64,000 bases of DNA from the IMG/VR virus record IMGVR_UViG_2061766007_000671; one strand, written 5' to 3'. Under the pieces are notes generated by a model. That model ran no database searches, was not told the DNA's origin, and saw nothing but the letters and a program-made list of their open reading frames with translations. A program made the position numbers and the translations under genes. This document shows, one piece after another, positions 1-8,742 of the stretch (position 1 is the first letter of the stretch; each line of letters opens with the position of its first letter). The DNA is from an uncultured virus (IMG/VR IMGVR_UViG_2061766007_000671). Lineage: Duplodnaviria > Heunggongvirae > Uroviricota > Caudoviricetes.

Positions 1-106
1 CATCAGCGTATTTATGAAGCTTACCTTCCGCGATTTCTTTTCGCAGGTCTTCACCGATTTCACAGTTGAAAATGCACGTCATTTCTGTATTCATCTCTAT
101 ACCTCC

Positions 107-523
107 TTATGACCAGAGCTTTCCATCAACGTACACCCAGTAGTCGCCGATGCTGTGCTGTCTCTCTGCGGCGTCCGCAGCCGCATCTACGTCGAACGCC
201 CACACCTCGTAGGTCGCGGTGAGCTGTACCTCATACTTCCTGGGCTTGGGGATGTCGGGCTTGAATCCGTGCTCGGTGGCGTACAGGTACAGGGTCTCGG
301 TCTCGTCGGCGGTGGACTCGTTGAAGAACCAGTCGTCGAAGTCCACGCTGTCGTCGAAGTGCTCGTTGTACCACTCCTCCACAATGGAGCGTGGGAAGTC
401 CACCTCCATCATGTTGTCCGGGGTGTCGAAGAACGGATCGTCCAAATCCATGCGGCTCGTGTACTCCGGCACACTGGTCTTGTAAATCGTTACGGTCAGC
501 ATCTCGTCTTTGCAGTTCTCCAT
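107..523 (-). CDS. acidic hypothetical early protein
   Basis: Start moved to ATG 523 behind a GGAGGTGG RBS; ATGA overlap with the upstream gene. Confidence 0.7.
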   Translation of the reverse strand: MENCKDEMLTVTIYKTSVPEYTSRMDLDDPFFDTPDNMMEVDFPRSIVEEWYNEHFDDSVDFDDWFFNESTADETETLYLYATEHGFKPDIPKPRKYEVQLTATYEVWAFDVDAAADAAERQHSIGDYWVYVDGKLWS

Positions 524-798
524 CAGCATTCCACCTCCACAATTTCTGCTGTGCTTTTCCAGTACTTTGTGTTCTCCGGGTTCTTGTACGACCAGTTGCG
601 CTTTGCGTCGCACAGACGGTCGTATCCGTGCAGACGGATTCCTCCCTCCCACAGAGGCATCTTGTTCCACACCGCGTGGTCTCCCTCAACGCCAAGCGTG
701 ATGCCTCCCTTGCCGTAGTAATATACACAGGTCTCTCCCGCAAAACTCTCGTTCTCCGGCGTTGCCACGCTCGTCAACTTCACAATATATTTTACCAA
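523..798 (-). CDS. hypothetical protein
   Basis: Probable TTG start after a GGAG-containing RBS; coupled to both neighbours. Confidence 0.55.
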   Translation of the reverse strand: MVKYIVKLTSVATPENESFAGETCVYYYGKGGITLGVEGDHAVWNKMPLWEGGIRLHGYDRLCDAKRNWSYKNPENTKYWKSTAEIVEVEC

Positions 799-1199
799 TC
801 GTCTCCCTCCTCCCAACGCTCCGGGGGCAGAAGCTCCTGCCCAAAAAGGTTGTACCACTGCCCGCATCCGGGGCACTCACATGCACCCATGTACTCGTTG
901 AACATGGGAAACTCTGCGCCGCATTCGCACAGACCGTAGGCGGGGTCTCTGTACGAATGTGTCTGCTTGATGACCTTGTTGAAGCGGACGTACTTCTCGG
1001 GGTGCGCCATAGCGGACTCCATGTTCCTTCGCCGTGCTTCGTCCACGGCATTGTGGTCAATGCTCGGGTGCTCCGGGGCGGGGAGAATGTTCCCGGCCTC
1101 GTCGCATGGGAAGCACAGCCCGTTGCCGCGCCCGTCATCAAAGACCAGTTCGTAGTAGGTTTCTTCCTTCCACTCGGACGGTGTGTAGCTCTTCAGCAT
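792..1199 (-). CDS. hypothetical protein with C-terminal Zn-ribbon-like CxC...CxxC
   Basis: GGAGG RBS; LCECG...CECPGCGQWYN motif. Confidence 0.7.
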   Translation of the reverse strand: MLKSYTPSEWKEETYYELVFDDGRGNGLCFPCDEAGNILPAPEHPSIDHNAVDEARRRNMESAMAHPEKYVRFNKVIKQTHSYRDPAYGLCECGAEFPMFNEYMGACECPGCGQWYNLFGQELLPPERWEEGDDW

Positions 1200-1217
1200 G
1201 TTTGTGCAGACCTCCTA

Positions 1218-1598
1218 TCAGATATCGAACACGGACAGATTCCATGAGTTTCCAAGCTCCGAATACACGCCGTGCTTATGGAGAAGCTCGTGGAATTCGT
1301 CCTCAACCTTGTACCCGTACCGCCCAAGGTAACCGTTCATTACATCGTAGAACGTACCCTCAAAGGTCATGGTCAAATACGGGCCGACATAGTCGCAGAC
1401 ACGATGTGGATCTACGTCGTGCAGTTCCACAAGGTGCTCCGGGTCGTTGTAGTAGTAATGTCCCTGTCCGTCCGAAGTGCTGTAGGCCATGCCGTTGAAG
1501 TAGATGGTCACGTCCACCCACATCTCATGGTCGAGCAGGAACTGTCGGATTTCCTTGGCAAGCTTACGAATCTGGGGCTTGGTCAGTTTCTTAGGCAT
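1218..1598 (-). CDS. hypothetical protein
   Basis: GAGGAGG RBS; overlaps stop of upstream gene. Confidence 0.7.
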   Translation of the reverse strand: MPKKLTKPQIRKLAKEIRQFLLDHEMWVDVTIYFNGMAYSTSDGQGHYYYNDPEHLVELHDVDPHRVCDYVGPYLTMTFEGTFYDVMNGYLGRYGYKVEDEFHELLHKHGVYSELGNSWNLSVFDI

Positions 1599-1971
1599 CT
1601 TCATCGTCCTCCTCATCGTCGAATTCCCATTCCTTTGGGTAGTAGCCGCTGAGACTCTCTGCATTCACAGCGTCGGAGTACCAAGACTGGAAGTCAGAGC
1701 ACATGATGGCGTCGGCCATCTCGTCGGCATCGTTGAACTCCTCGACGAGTCCGGGGTATTCTCCCAGGCAGTAAATAGCCCGCGCATGGACAGCGTCGAT
1801 ATAGATTTGAAGCTCGTACTCAAAGCCGGGGTCGCCGTACTCTTCCACCTCTTCAGCGCGGACGGTGGTATACAGGAGCGGAATTCTTTTGGGATTCTCA
1901 AAGTCGCCCATGACTCCGTACTCCTTCATGCAGAAGTGGTCGATAGCGTCGCGCAGTTTCGGGTTTACCAT
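1591..1971 (-). CDS. acidic hypothetical protein, first gene after promoter copy 1
   Basis: AAAGGAG RBS directly downstream of the conserved motif. Confidence 0.7.
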   Translation of the reverse strand: MVNPKLRDAIDHFCMKEYGVMGDFENPKRIPLLYTTVRAEEVEEYGDPGFEYELQIYIDAVHARAIYCLGEYPGLVEEFNDADEMADAIMCSDFQSWYSDAVNAESLSGYYPKEWEFDDEEDDEDA

Positions 1972-1990
1972 TTGCACATCTCCTTTCACT

Positions 1991-2021
1991 CCATAGGGAA
2001 CGGCGCGTCAAAAATCGGACA
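1991..2021 (-). promoter_or_regulatory. bipartite phage promoter motif copy 1 (TGTCCGA-N14-TTCCCTATGG)
   Basis: Identical boxes and identical 14-nt spacer in 5 intergenic sites. Confidence 0.8.
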
Positions 2022-2049
2022 GCGCAATGATTACATTTTGATTACAGTT

Positions 2050-2355
2050 TTACAGGTCGTCCCGTGTGACGTACTCGTATGCCCACTTGAGGCAGTCTCG
2101 CTCGTCATCCATGGTCACAATTTCGTCCAGATACTTGCGGTAGCGATGCGCCACACGGCTGCGCAAATCCTCATCATCGCGCAGGGCCTTGAGCATTCCC
2201 ATCGGCTCGTTGTCGTCGTCCCACATGTACTCAAGAAGCTCAAGCACATAGTTCATATCCCACTTGTGCTCCTGCTCCCAGTATGCCTCGGATGCCTCTT
2301 GCGAGGTCAGCTCAAACTCGCGGATGATGCCGTCCACTTCTCTGCGAATCTTCAT
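2050..2355 (-). CDS. acidic hypothetical protein
   Basis: GGAGG RBS; operon position. Confidence 0.65.
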   Translation of the reverse strand: MKIRREVDGIIREFELTSQEASEAYWEQEHKWDMNYVLELLEYMWDDDNEPMGMLKALRDDEDLRSRVAHRYRKYLDEIVTMDDERDCLKWAYEYVTRDDL

Positions 2356-2356
2356 A

Positions 2357-2536
2357 TCAGCACACCTCCAAAGTGTTTCCCGCGCCGTCACAGAGGCGCA
2401 TCATGCCACTCAGCTCTACGTCAATATTGAATTTTGCCATGAACCACTCCAGTTCCGAAACCGCCTTGTCAAGGCTTTCCTGCCTCGTCCGAAAGACTAG
2501 GCGCACTCCATCACAGCGCAGTTCATTCACGGGCAT
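2357..2536 (-). CDS. hypothetical protein
   Basis: AAGGAGG RBS before MPVNELR. Confidence 0.55.
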   Translation of the reverse strand: MPVNELRCDGVRLVFRTRQESLDKAVSELEWFMAKFNIDVELSGMMRLCDGAGNTLEVC

Positions 2537-2993
2537 CTGACAGACCTCCTTCCAGATCTCGGTTGCGGTAGCAGTAGCAATACAGGTCATAGCATCCCAC
2601 TCGGGGCATCATCCGCATGATGAGGCTGTAGACGTTGTGAGTCTTGGGGTAGCTGTCCGGGAACACATCCATGCGGAAGAAGTGGTTTTCTCCCTCACAG
2701 GCATCCGGGAATTCTGCGCAGTACTTTCGCATGGCGGAGCGGTTGTGCAGAGGATTGATTTCCCCGTCCTTGCGCCGCAGGATATTGATTGCCTCGTCGA
2801 AAGCGTCCTTGAATTCCTGGGTCTTCAGCTCCGGGTGATTGTGCTCCCACCACGTCGTCCAGAAATCGTTCCCGCCTCGACCGAAGTCTGCCCGGAGATG
2901 GCCGATGCATTTGCAGATTTCATCACCCTCATCGCAGGTGTAGGCGAACTTGCGCTGTTCCTTGGGAGCGGGGAAAAAAGCCCAACTGTACAT
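2523..2993 (-). CDS. hypothetical protein resembling a domain common in clostridial mobile elements
   Basis: CIGHLRADFG...FWTTW...LKTQEFK...YDLYCYCY pattern recognised from memory; RBS present. Confidence 0.6.
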   Translation of the reverse strand: MYSWAFFPAPKEQRKFAYTCDEGDEICKCIGHLRADFGRGGNDFWTTWWEHNHPELKTQEFKDAFDEAINILRRKDGEINPLHNRSAMRKYCAEFPDACEGENHFFRMDVFPDSYPKTHNVYSLIMRMMPRVGCYDLYCYCYRNRDLEGGLSDARE

Positions 2994-3005
2994 GTGCATT
3001 CCTCC

Positions 3006-3323
3006 TTAATCAAGATAGGGGAAGTAGTCCCACTCGCCAAACACGGCGACCTCCGGGTAGCTCCCGGCGGGAGACTCCTGCCACCGCTGTTTCTTCTCCG
3101 ACCAACGGAAAGTCTTGCGCTTCCCGGCAGGGTCATCCTCAATGTAGTCCGGGAGGGTATCGTAGTACCGCGCGCCAAGGAAGACCGGGCGCGCCGCGCG
3201 CACGGTCACGACGTTCCCCTTAACGGCCTCCACCGTGTAGGGGTTTCGGACAGCCTGCACATAGTACATATTGCAGGGCGTATATGTGTAGAGTTTCTCT
3301 CCAACCACAGGCAGATGTTTCAT
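3006..3323 (-). CDS. hypothetical protein
   Basis: AAGGAGG RBS. Confidence 0.7.
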   Translation of the reverse strand: MKHLPVVGEKLYTYTPCNMYYVQAVRNPYTVEAVKGNVVTVRAARPVFLGARYYDTLPDYIEDDPAGKRKTFRWSEKKQRWQESPAGSYPEVAVFGEWDYFPYLD

Positions 3324-3335
3324 GCAGATCCCTCC

Positions 3336-3707
3336 TTAATCTGTGTAGATTTCGATGTCGATGGTGTCGAACGCCTGTACCAGAGCCGCCACTATATCCT
3401 TGAGGTAGCGGCACTTTGTCTTACTCAGTCGGAACTTGGTGAGCCGCTGATAGGGTCTGTTGTGGATGTTCTCCGTGTATCCCTGCTTCTTGTTGAGGCC
3501 AAGGCAGTTCTTCATGTGGTCTTTTCCCGCCCAGAAGCTGAACATGTTCCACATGTCCTTGCCGTCCTCCTGCCATGTTGAGAGCATGATGAGGTAGGCG
3601 TTCCCCGTGTACAGGTCAAGCTTGTACTCCGCTTCCGTACCGTCCTCCTGCGTCTGTACGAGCGTGGCCTCGCCACATTTTTCAGACCATTCCCAGTGAA
3701 GTGCCAT
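3336..3707 (-). CDS. hypothetical protein
   Basis: AAGGAG RBS. Confidence 0.7.
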   Translation of the reverse strand: MALHWEWSEKCGEATLVQTQEDGTEAEYKLDLYTGNAYLIMLSTWQEDGKDMWNMFSFWAGKDHMKNCLGLNKKQGYTENIHNRPYQRLTKFRLSKTKCRYLKDIVAALVQAFDTIDIEIYTD

Positions 3708-3720
3708 GTGCATTCTCCTT

Positions 3721-3915
3721 TCACATCACGCCGCCAAGCGACGTGGTAATCCACACCAGTTTGTTGTCACTCTTCTGCACGAAGTACTCGTTTCCGACCT
3801 CGTCCGTGTACCACCGAAGCCCGAAGTCTTTTTCGTAGCTCCCCTCTGGCATCCGCTTCAGCTTTCCAACGACCTCCCAATCGAACACGGTCTTTGCCTG
3901 TTCGCGCACTGTCAT
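3721..3915 (-). CDS. hypothetical protein, first gene after promoter copy 2
   Basis: AAAGGAGG RBS; start MTVREQAK. Confidence 0.65.
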   Translation of the reverse strand: MTVREQAKTVFDWEVVGKLKRMPEGSYEKDFGLRWYTDEVGNEYFVQKSDNKLVWITTSLGGVM

Positions 3916-3934
3916 GAGTTTCCCTCCTTTCACC

Positions 3935-3965
3935 CCATAGGGAACGACGGCGGCGGATTCGGACA
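3935..3965 (-). promoter_or_regulatory. bipartite phage promoter motif copy 2
   Basis: CCATAGGGAA 3935-3944 and TCGGACA 3959-3965 on + strand. Confidence 0.8.
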
Positions 3966-4014
3966 CTTGACCGCCGATTTTTATATTTTTGTTGAATTTG
4001 CACAAAAACATGGG

Positions 4015-4044
4015 AAAAGACCGCGCGGGCGGTCGGTCTTTTTT
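4015..4044. terminator. hairpin flanked by A and T tracts, possible bidirectional terminator
   Basis: AAAAGACCG...CGGTCTTTT. Confidence 0.5.
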
Positions 4045-4395
4045 GTCTAATATGACATGCCGCGCGGAGGCCTCCGGGCGGCCATACCTATATAATATTG
4101 TACATATTGACGGAAAAACGACCGCCGCGCCGAAAACAGTCTATCTAATATCGCGTATTAGATGATTATTCATCGTTTATGCAAAAGCAAAAGCTAACTA
4201 TGAATATTTTATGCATATATGCGGCGGATTATGTGCAAATATGCGAGAAAATGAATAAAACAGAGTCCAATAAACGGGACTTTGTTTCCTTGTCAAGGTA
4301 GAAAAAAATTATGCAAAAACGCCGTATATTGTATGAATATCGGCGTATAAATGCATGATATATTGAATAAACAGCGTAAAATATTCAATAGCATG

Positions 4396-4424
4396 CTGTC
4401 AGAAAATGGGCGATATGATATCAT
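4396..4424 (+). promoter_or_regulatory. sigma-A-type promoter candidate (CTGTCA-17-TATCAT, extended TG)
   Basis: 17-nt spacing; precedes AGGAGG RBS and ATG 4463. Confidence 0.5.
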
Positions 4425-4462
4425 ACCCGTAGGAAATGAAAAAAAAACAGGAGGAATTAGCA

Positions 4463-4490
4463 ATGACTAACCGAATTGAGGCCACCCGCG
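4463..4490 (+). CDS. N-terminal fragment (MTNRIEATR) cut by an assembly gap; probable start of the 9790-11001 ORF
   Basis: AGGAGG RBS; ends in GAG GCC ACC CGC codons typical of the GC-rich ORF. Confidence 0.55.
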
Positions 4491-4500
4491 NNNNNNNNNN

Positions 4501-4572
4501 ACCAATTTCCTCAAGCTTGAACTCCATGCTGTCAAGCTGATAGGAAAGCTGTTCGCGCACTTCCTCCGCCAT
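4501..4572 (-). CDS. N-terminal fragment of a hypothetical protein truncated by the gap
   Basis: GGAGG RBS then MAEEVREQLSY... Confidence 0.5.
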
Positions 4573-4585
4573 GTTTTACACCTCC

Positions 4586-4849
4586 TCAGACCACACGGAT
4601 GTATATGGGATGCGTCTCCCAACTCTTCTTCGTGAGCACACAGCCCCGGGAGTACAGGATATATTCGATAGCATCCTGTAGCTCTCCAAAGTCAGATCCA
4701 TAGATGTTGGACGCGCTCTCCGGGTCTTCCTCTTTTTCCGGGTTCTCGATGGTTATGCCGCGCTTCTCAAGGAAGTCCTCAAAGGCCTCGATAATGGCGG
4801 TCTCGGTCTCCAGTAGCTGACGGTTGTCGTTCTCGGTGATGACTATCAT
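4586..4849 (-). CDS. acidic hypothetical protein
   Basis: AAGGAGG RBS. Confidence 0.7.
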   Translation of the reverse strand: MIVITENDNRQLLETETAIIEAFEDFLEKRGITIENPEKEEDPESASNIYGSDFGELQDAIEYILYSRGCVLTKKSWETHPIYIRVV

Positions 4850-4861
4850 GTGCGCACCTCC

Positions 4862-5233
4862 TTAAAATTCGCACCACGAGCGACCGTGGCGCACAGCATT
4901 CTCTGGGAGCAGGCGAGGATAATATAAAGGCGTCCGATTTTCAAGGTAGTAGCACCACTTTCCTGCTCCCTTGCAGTCGTGCTTACTTCCCGGCGGGATG
5001 TGCGTGATGTGTCTGATAGTGTCCAGATACTCTGCGGGCAGAAACATCTTGCCCATGATGAACGCATGCCCAACGATTGTGGGGTACTCCCCACGATGTG
5101 TGCGGATGATGGCGACGCGCTTATGCACACAGTTCTTGAGCATGTCCCTGCTTCTCGTCTCGATGAATTTGTTCCCATTCACGATAGCGTCAGCGTAATC
5201 CACCTCGTCGCAGTTCACGAAGATACCTATCAT
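4862..5233 (-). CDS. ASCH/PUA-like domain protein
   Basis: YADAIVNGNKFIETRS matches the ASCH GxKxxExR motif. Confidence 0.75.
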   Translation of the reverse strand: MIGIFVNCDEVDYADAIVNGNKFIETRSRDMLKNCVHKRVAIIRTHRGEYPTIVGHAFIMGKMFLPAEYLDTIRHITHIPPGSKHDCKGAGKWCYYLENRTPLYYPRLLPENAVRHGRSWCEF

Positions 5234-5245
5234 CGCCGCGCCTCC

Positions 5246-5569
5246 TCAAATGAAGTCGGAGACACTCATGCCCGGAGCGTCCCACGGATTTGCAGAGCTG
5301 TAGTCTCCCCCGGTGACAGAGCGGATGTAATCGCGCTCCCACGGGTCTACATACTCTTCCCAGTCATCCCCATACGGGTCTTCCTCTACTTCCTCGACCT
5401 CTCCCAAGCGATTGGAAAAGACGTTCTTGCACCCGCATTCGCGCAGGTCGCGAACACGATTGTTCAGTTCTTCAGACGTTCCGACGAACATCTCGTGGCA
5501 GTTCTCCTCATCCGGGAAGAACCCAAAGTTATCGTGCCAGTCGTAGATGATCTCAAACTCGAACCGCAT
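5246..5569 (-). CDS. acidic hypothetical protein
   Basis: GGAGG RBS; C-terminal NPWDAPGMSVSDFI. Confidence 0.7.
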   Translation of the reverse strand: MRFEFEIIYDWHDNFGFFPDEENCHEMFVGTSEELNNRVRDLRECGCKNVFSNRLGEVEEVEEDPYGDDWEEYVDPWERDYIRSVTGGDYSSANPWDAPGMSVSDFI

Positions 5570-5712
5570 CAGATAGCCGCCTCCCCTACTGTTTTTGTGC
5601 CGCTCTTCACGTCGTAGATGATGCGCAGGCCTGTGAACTTGTTTTCAAACTCGATGACTCCCGGCGCGACCTCGCGCAGGAATGCAAATCCAGACCGATA
5701 GAGTATATCCAT
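5569..5712 (-). CDS. 47-aa hypothetical protein (below ORF-track cutoff)
   Basis: GAGGAGG RBS; MDILYRSGFAFLREV...; TGATG coupling. Confidence 0.6.
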   Translation of the reverse strand: MDILYRSGFAFLREVAPGVIEFENKFTGLRIIYDVKSGTKTVGEAAI

Positions 5713-5716
5713 GCTG

Positions 5717-6007
5717 TCAAGCCTCCTCTTTGCTGACCACGCCGTCGCAGTACAGGCCGCCGCTCTTCTTTGCAGACTTCATGACGGAGAGGAACGTCTC
5801 CATCAGCTCGGCGAAGTTCTTGTCGTCATCGACGTACCATGCGGCCTCGTCGTCTTCCACATTCTCGGCGACAGACAGGTCGCCGTACTCGATATCGCCG
5901 TCGCCGACCCCCAGAATGAGCCAGTGCTCGAAGACCGACTCGTCATTGACCTGCCGCGCGATGTACTCCATCGCCTTGACCATCTTCACGCGCTCGATTT
6001 TGTTCAT
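5717..6007 (-). CDS. acidic hypothetical protein
   Basis: GGAGG RBS before MNKIERV. Confidence 0.7.
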   Translation of the reverse strand: MNKIERVKMVKAMEYIARQVNDESVFEHWLILGVGDGDIEYGDLSVAENVEDDEAAWYVDDDKNFAELMETFLSVMKSAKKSGGLYCDGVVSKEEA

Positions 6008-6009
6008 GT

Positions 6010-6369
6010 TCAGCCCTCCCCATTCCCGGACAGGCATTTGCAGACCTTGTCCATGTTGAAACGGTACTCCGGGTAGACACACCACCCGCTGAATCCGTGC
6101 ATCCCGGTCGGCTCGGCGAGGCCGTTGGCCTCAAGAAACTCGGGCAGGAACGGCGCATTATTCACGTCCACGAATGCGCAGTCCTCCCCGGACAGCGGCT
6201 CGTCGGGCAGGTTGACGGTGATGTCGCAGTAGGGCGACATGAATCCGAAATCCGGGTCGAGCGTCATCAGCCCCAGATACATGCGGTTCTGCCGCTTGAA
6301 GCAGTAGGTGTCTTTGGTCAGCTCGGCGCACTCAATCTCGCCAGTCCACGGGTTCACAAAGTTCAGCAT
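6010..6369 (-). CDS. DUF4313-like protein
   Basis: PYCDITVNL...AFVDVNN...FLEANGLAEPTG...SGWCVYPEYRF pattern. Confidence 0.7.
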   Translation of the reverse strand: MLNFVNPWTGEIECAELTKDTYCFKRQNRMYLGLMTLDPDFGFMSPYCDITVNLPDEPLSGEDCAFVDVNNAPFLPEFLEANGLAEPTGMHGFSGWCVYPEYRFNMDKVCKCLSGNGEG

Positions 6370-6371
6370 AT

Positions 6372-6659
6372 TCAAACCTCCTCAAAAGTTTTGTCCAGTT
6401 CTTCAGCGACGGCCTCACACCATGCCATCGCGTCACTCACTACGTCCTCGTAGGAATCCCGGAACGGATACCCTGCATTCAGCGCGTTGTCCATGCCCTC
6501 GTACAGCTTATCCTCGTAGTAGTGGTTCTGCACCTCGTCCCAGAGATACTCAAGGGCAAGCATGCTTTTGCAGATTTCGTCGAGCAATTCGTTTGCCCGT
6601 GTGGCAAGCTTGAGCACCTCTGCCCTGTGGTTTTTGCTGATGTCGATTTCTACCATCAT
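6372..6659 (-). CDS. acidic hypothetical protein, first gene after promoter copy 3
   Basis: GAGGAGG RBS. Confidence 0.7.
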   Translation of the reverse strand: MMVEIDISKNHRAEVLKLATRANELLDEICKSMLALEYLWDEVQNHYYEDKLYEGMDNALNAGYPFRDSYEDVVSDAMAWCEAVAEELDKTFEEV

Positions 6660-6676
6660 GTGAGCCTCCTCTCGCT

Positions 6677-6707
6677 CCATAGGGAACGGCAGGGCCAAAT
6701 TCGGACA
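6677..6707 (-). promoter_or_regulatory. bipartite phage promoter motif copy 3
   Basis: CCATAGGGAA 6677-6686 and TCGGACA 6701-6707. Confidence 0.8.
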
Positions 6708-6737
6708 CTCTGCCGTTCGTCATTTTGCACAAACTTT

Positions 6738-7358
6738 TCAGTCGTCCATCCAGTATGTCCACCGGGTCAGCTTGGACAGGCCGTACCGTTTCAGATACGC
6801 GCGGCATTTCTTCAGATGGGAGGCCGCGACACGTTCGTATGCATCTCGGAGCAAAGCCACGTCCTCATCGGTGCAGACGTATCCCTTACGCCACCCGTCA
6901 AAGAGAAGCTCCTGCCCCTTCAGAGCAGGGAGGAATGCCACGCCGCCGACAGCTTCCAGAACGTCGGTCACGCGCATGAAGTTAATGCCCCGGAGCTGTC
7001 GCGTGTTACCGCACAGCACCACCATGCGCGTCAGTCCGTGTTCGCTCAGATTCTGGAGCACGTTTGCGTACTCCTTCATGTTCTCGCGCAGGAAATGCGC
7101 CTCGTTCTTCCCGGCCTCGTAGCATTCCCGGCTTGCCTCCTCATACGTCGGGCCAAAGCCCAAGTCACTGTACCCGAAGCAGAAGCGGGTCTGCACCCTC
7201 TGCTTGTCGATTCCTACCAACAGCCCGTTGGACAGCTTCACCACCTCGGCGGCCTGCTTCACGCAGTAGTCCGCCAAGTCCTCACCATACCCGTCCTCGA
7301 TGTGGGCCGCGCGGTACTCTTCCATGAGCGCCGCATCTTTACAGTTCTTCTTAGGCAT
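6738..7358 (-). CDS. hypothetical protein
   Basis: AAAGGAG RBS; 206 aa ending YLKRYGLSKLTRWTYWMDD. Confidence 0.75.
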   Translation of the reverse strand: MPKKNCKDAALMEEYRAAHIEDGYGEDLADYCVKQAAEVVKLSNGLLVGIDKQRVQTRFCFGYSDLGFGPTYEEASRECYEAGKNEAHFLRENMKEYANVLQNLSEHGLTRMVVLCGNTRQLRGINFMRVTDVLEAVGGVAFLPALKGQELLFDGWRKGYVCTDEDVALLRDAYERVAASHLKKCRAYLKRYGLSKLTRWTYWMDD

Positions 7359-7373
7359 GTCTGTGCTCCTTTC

Positions 7374-7802
7374 TCAGCCCATCGTAAAGGCCAAATCCCG
7401 CAGGATGTCCTTACCGATGCTCATATCCTTGTTCTCGCTCGTGTACTTGGTGTCCGGGCGCAGGTAGATTCCCTCCTCCCCCTTTTCCGTGCAGATGTCG
7501 TCGATGTCGTAGGTGTACCACCTATTGAAGCTTTCGGTCTTCCAGTCGTTCTCCCGGTCGATGACGTGCTCGGTCACCTCCATCGTGAACGACGGCGCAT
7601 CAAAGGTCTTCTCGGCCTCGCGCTTGGCGTTGACCGCCTTTGCCCAGATTTTCCGCATGCCGTCGATGAAGTCGGCAAGATCTCCAATGCTCGCGCCCGC
7701 GCTCAGTTCTACCTCGGCAGTGTACTTGCTCGTGTGCTCCTCCCCCTTGACGCGCCGGGAGAGGGTCATCTCACAGCTGATTTTCTTGAAACGGTTTTCC
7801 AT
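7374..7802 (-). CDS. hypothetical protein
   Basis: AAGGAG RBS. Confidence 0.7.
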   Translation of the reverse strand: MENRFKKISCEMTLSRRVKGEEHTSKYTAEVELSAGASIGDLADFIDGMRKIWAKAVNAKREAEKTFDAPSFTMEVTEHVIDRENDWKTESFNRWYTYDIDDICTEKGEEGIYLRPDTKYTSENKDMSIGKDILRDLAFTMG

Positions 7803-7820
7803 AGTTGTGCAGGTCTCCTT

Positions 7821-8036
7821 TCACTTGCGAGGCACATCGGTCTCAGTGTTGTACGGCATGCTGACGAACGTGGGGCGAATCGTGTCCCACGCGCCTTGGT
7901 AGGAGCGGCCCGGAATCTTGTCCCAGATGGGTGTCGCCGTCTTGCAGTTCTTCAGAACCTGTCCGGCCTTTTCATGCCCGCGCATGAGCTTGGACATCTC
8001 GGCCTGTGCCAGTTTGCGGTAGCGTTTTGCTGTCAT
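7821..8036 (-). CDS. basic hypothetical protein
   Basis: GAGGAG RBS. Confidence 0.6.
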   Translation of the reverse strand: MTAKRYRKLAQAEMSKLMRGHEKAGQVLKNCKTATPIWDKIPGRSYQGAWDTIRPTFVSMPYNTETDVPRK

Positions 8037-8064
8037 GGTAGATGCTCCTCTGTTATATAGATTT

Positions 8065-8180
8065 CGCGGGCGGGCAGTTCCGTTGCGCGGGGGCTTGTCG
8101 TGCGGTAAACCATTCCCGCGCCTTTATCACATCCGCACCAGTGCGCACGGTTGACTCAAAGCCCCTGCCCGAAACCCGCG
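8065..8180 (-). ncRNA. compact structured RNA candidate with a pseudoknot, in the long leader after promoter copy 4
   Basis: Five nested Watson-Crick helices plus a 6-bp crossing helix (see findings); strand inferred from the promoter. Confidence 0.5.
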
Positions 8181-8351
8181 CACCAACGCCCGCGCAAATG
8201 TCGGGCGCTCGTGTGCAGATTTCCCGGCGGGATGTCGGCGTGTCCAGACCGNNNNNNNNNNNNNNNNNNNGTCCGTTGTCGTTCCTGTCTCCCCGTCCCA
8301 AGAGGAATCACATGCCGGGTTTTCCTCGCCTCCTTTGTGCAGGTCTTCACC

Positions 8352-8382
8352 CCATAGGGAACGGGAGCGTCAAATTCGGACA
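8352..8382 (-). promoter_or_regulatory. bipartite phage promoter motif copy 4
   Basis: CCATAGGGAA 8352-8361 and TCGGACA 8376-8382. Confidence 0.8.
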
Positions 8383-8412
8383 CCTCCCTCGGTTACAAAT
8401 GTTTACAGTTTT

Positions 8413-8571
8413 TCACGCCATCGCGACGATGCCCCACTCCTCTCCCGGATACAGGCGGCGGGCCTCGCTCAGATTGACTTGCGCCGTCAGCATGTCGCGC
8501 GTCGCGCGTCCGAACATATACGGCTTGCCAATGACGCGCACATAATAGGTCATGTTCTTGCAGAGCTTCAT
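8413..8571 (-). CDS. 52-aa hypothetical protein
   Basis: AAGGAG RBS; MKLCKNMTYYVRVIG... Confidence 0.55.
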   Translation of the reverse strand: MKLCKNMTYYVRVIGKPYMFGRATRDMLTAQVNLSEARRLYPGEEWGIVAMA

Positions 8572-8585
8572 ACAGTTCTCCTTCC

Positions 8586-8723
8586 TCAGAGTCGGTTGCG
8601 GTCAATCCAGTCGGCCCGCCGCAGGACGTTCCGCCATTCGATTGTGCCAATTTCCATCGTGCAGGACAGCGACTGCAAGTGATTTCTGTACCACCTCCAG
8701 TCCGTTTTGCTCCAGTTCTTCAT
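8586..8723 (-). CDS. 45-aa Trp-rich hypothetical protein
   Basis: GAGGAGG RBS right after promoter copy 5; MKNWSKTDWRWY... Confidence 0.6.
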   Translation of the reverse strand: MKNWSKTDWRWYRNHLQSLSCTMEIGTIEWRNVLRRADWIDRNRL

Positions 8724-8742
8724 GCTGTGGCCTCCTCTCACC

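Noticed and set aside
6522..8060. Long antisense ORFs here and at 33741-35135, 40515-42278, 45070-47112 and 50021-51682
   Set aside because: Shadow frames of genes that have RBSs and motifs on the other strand
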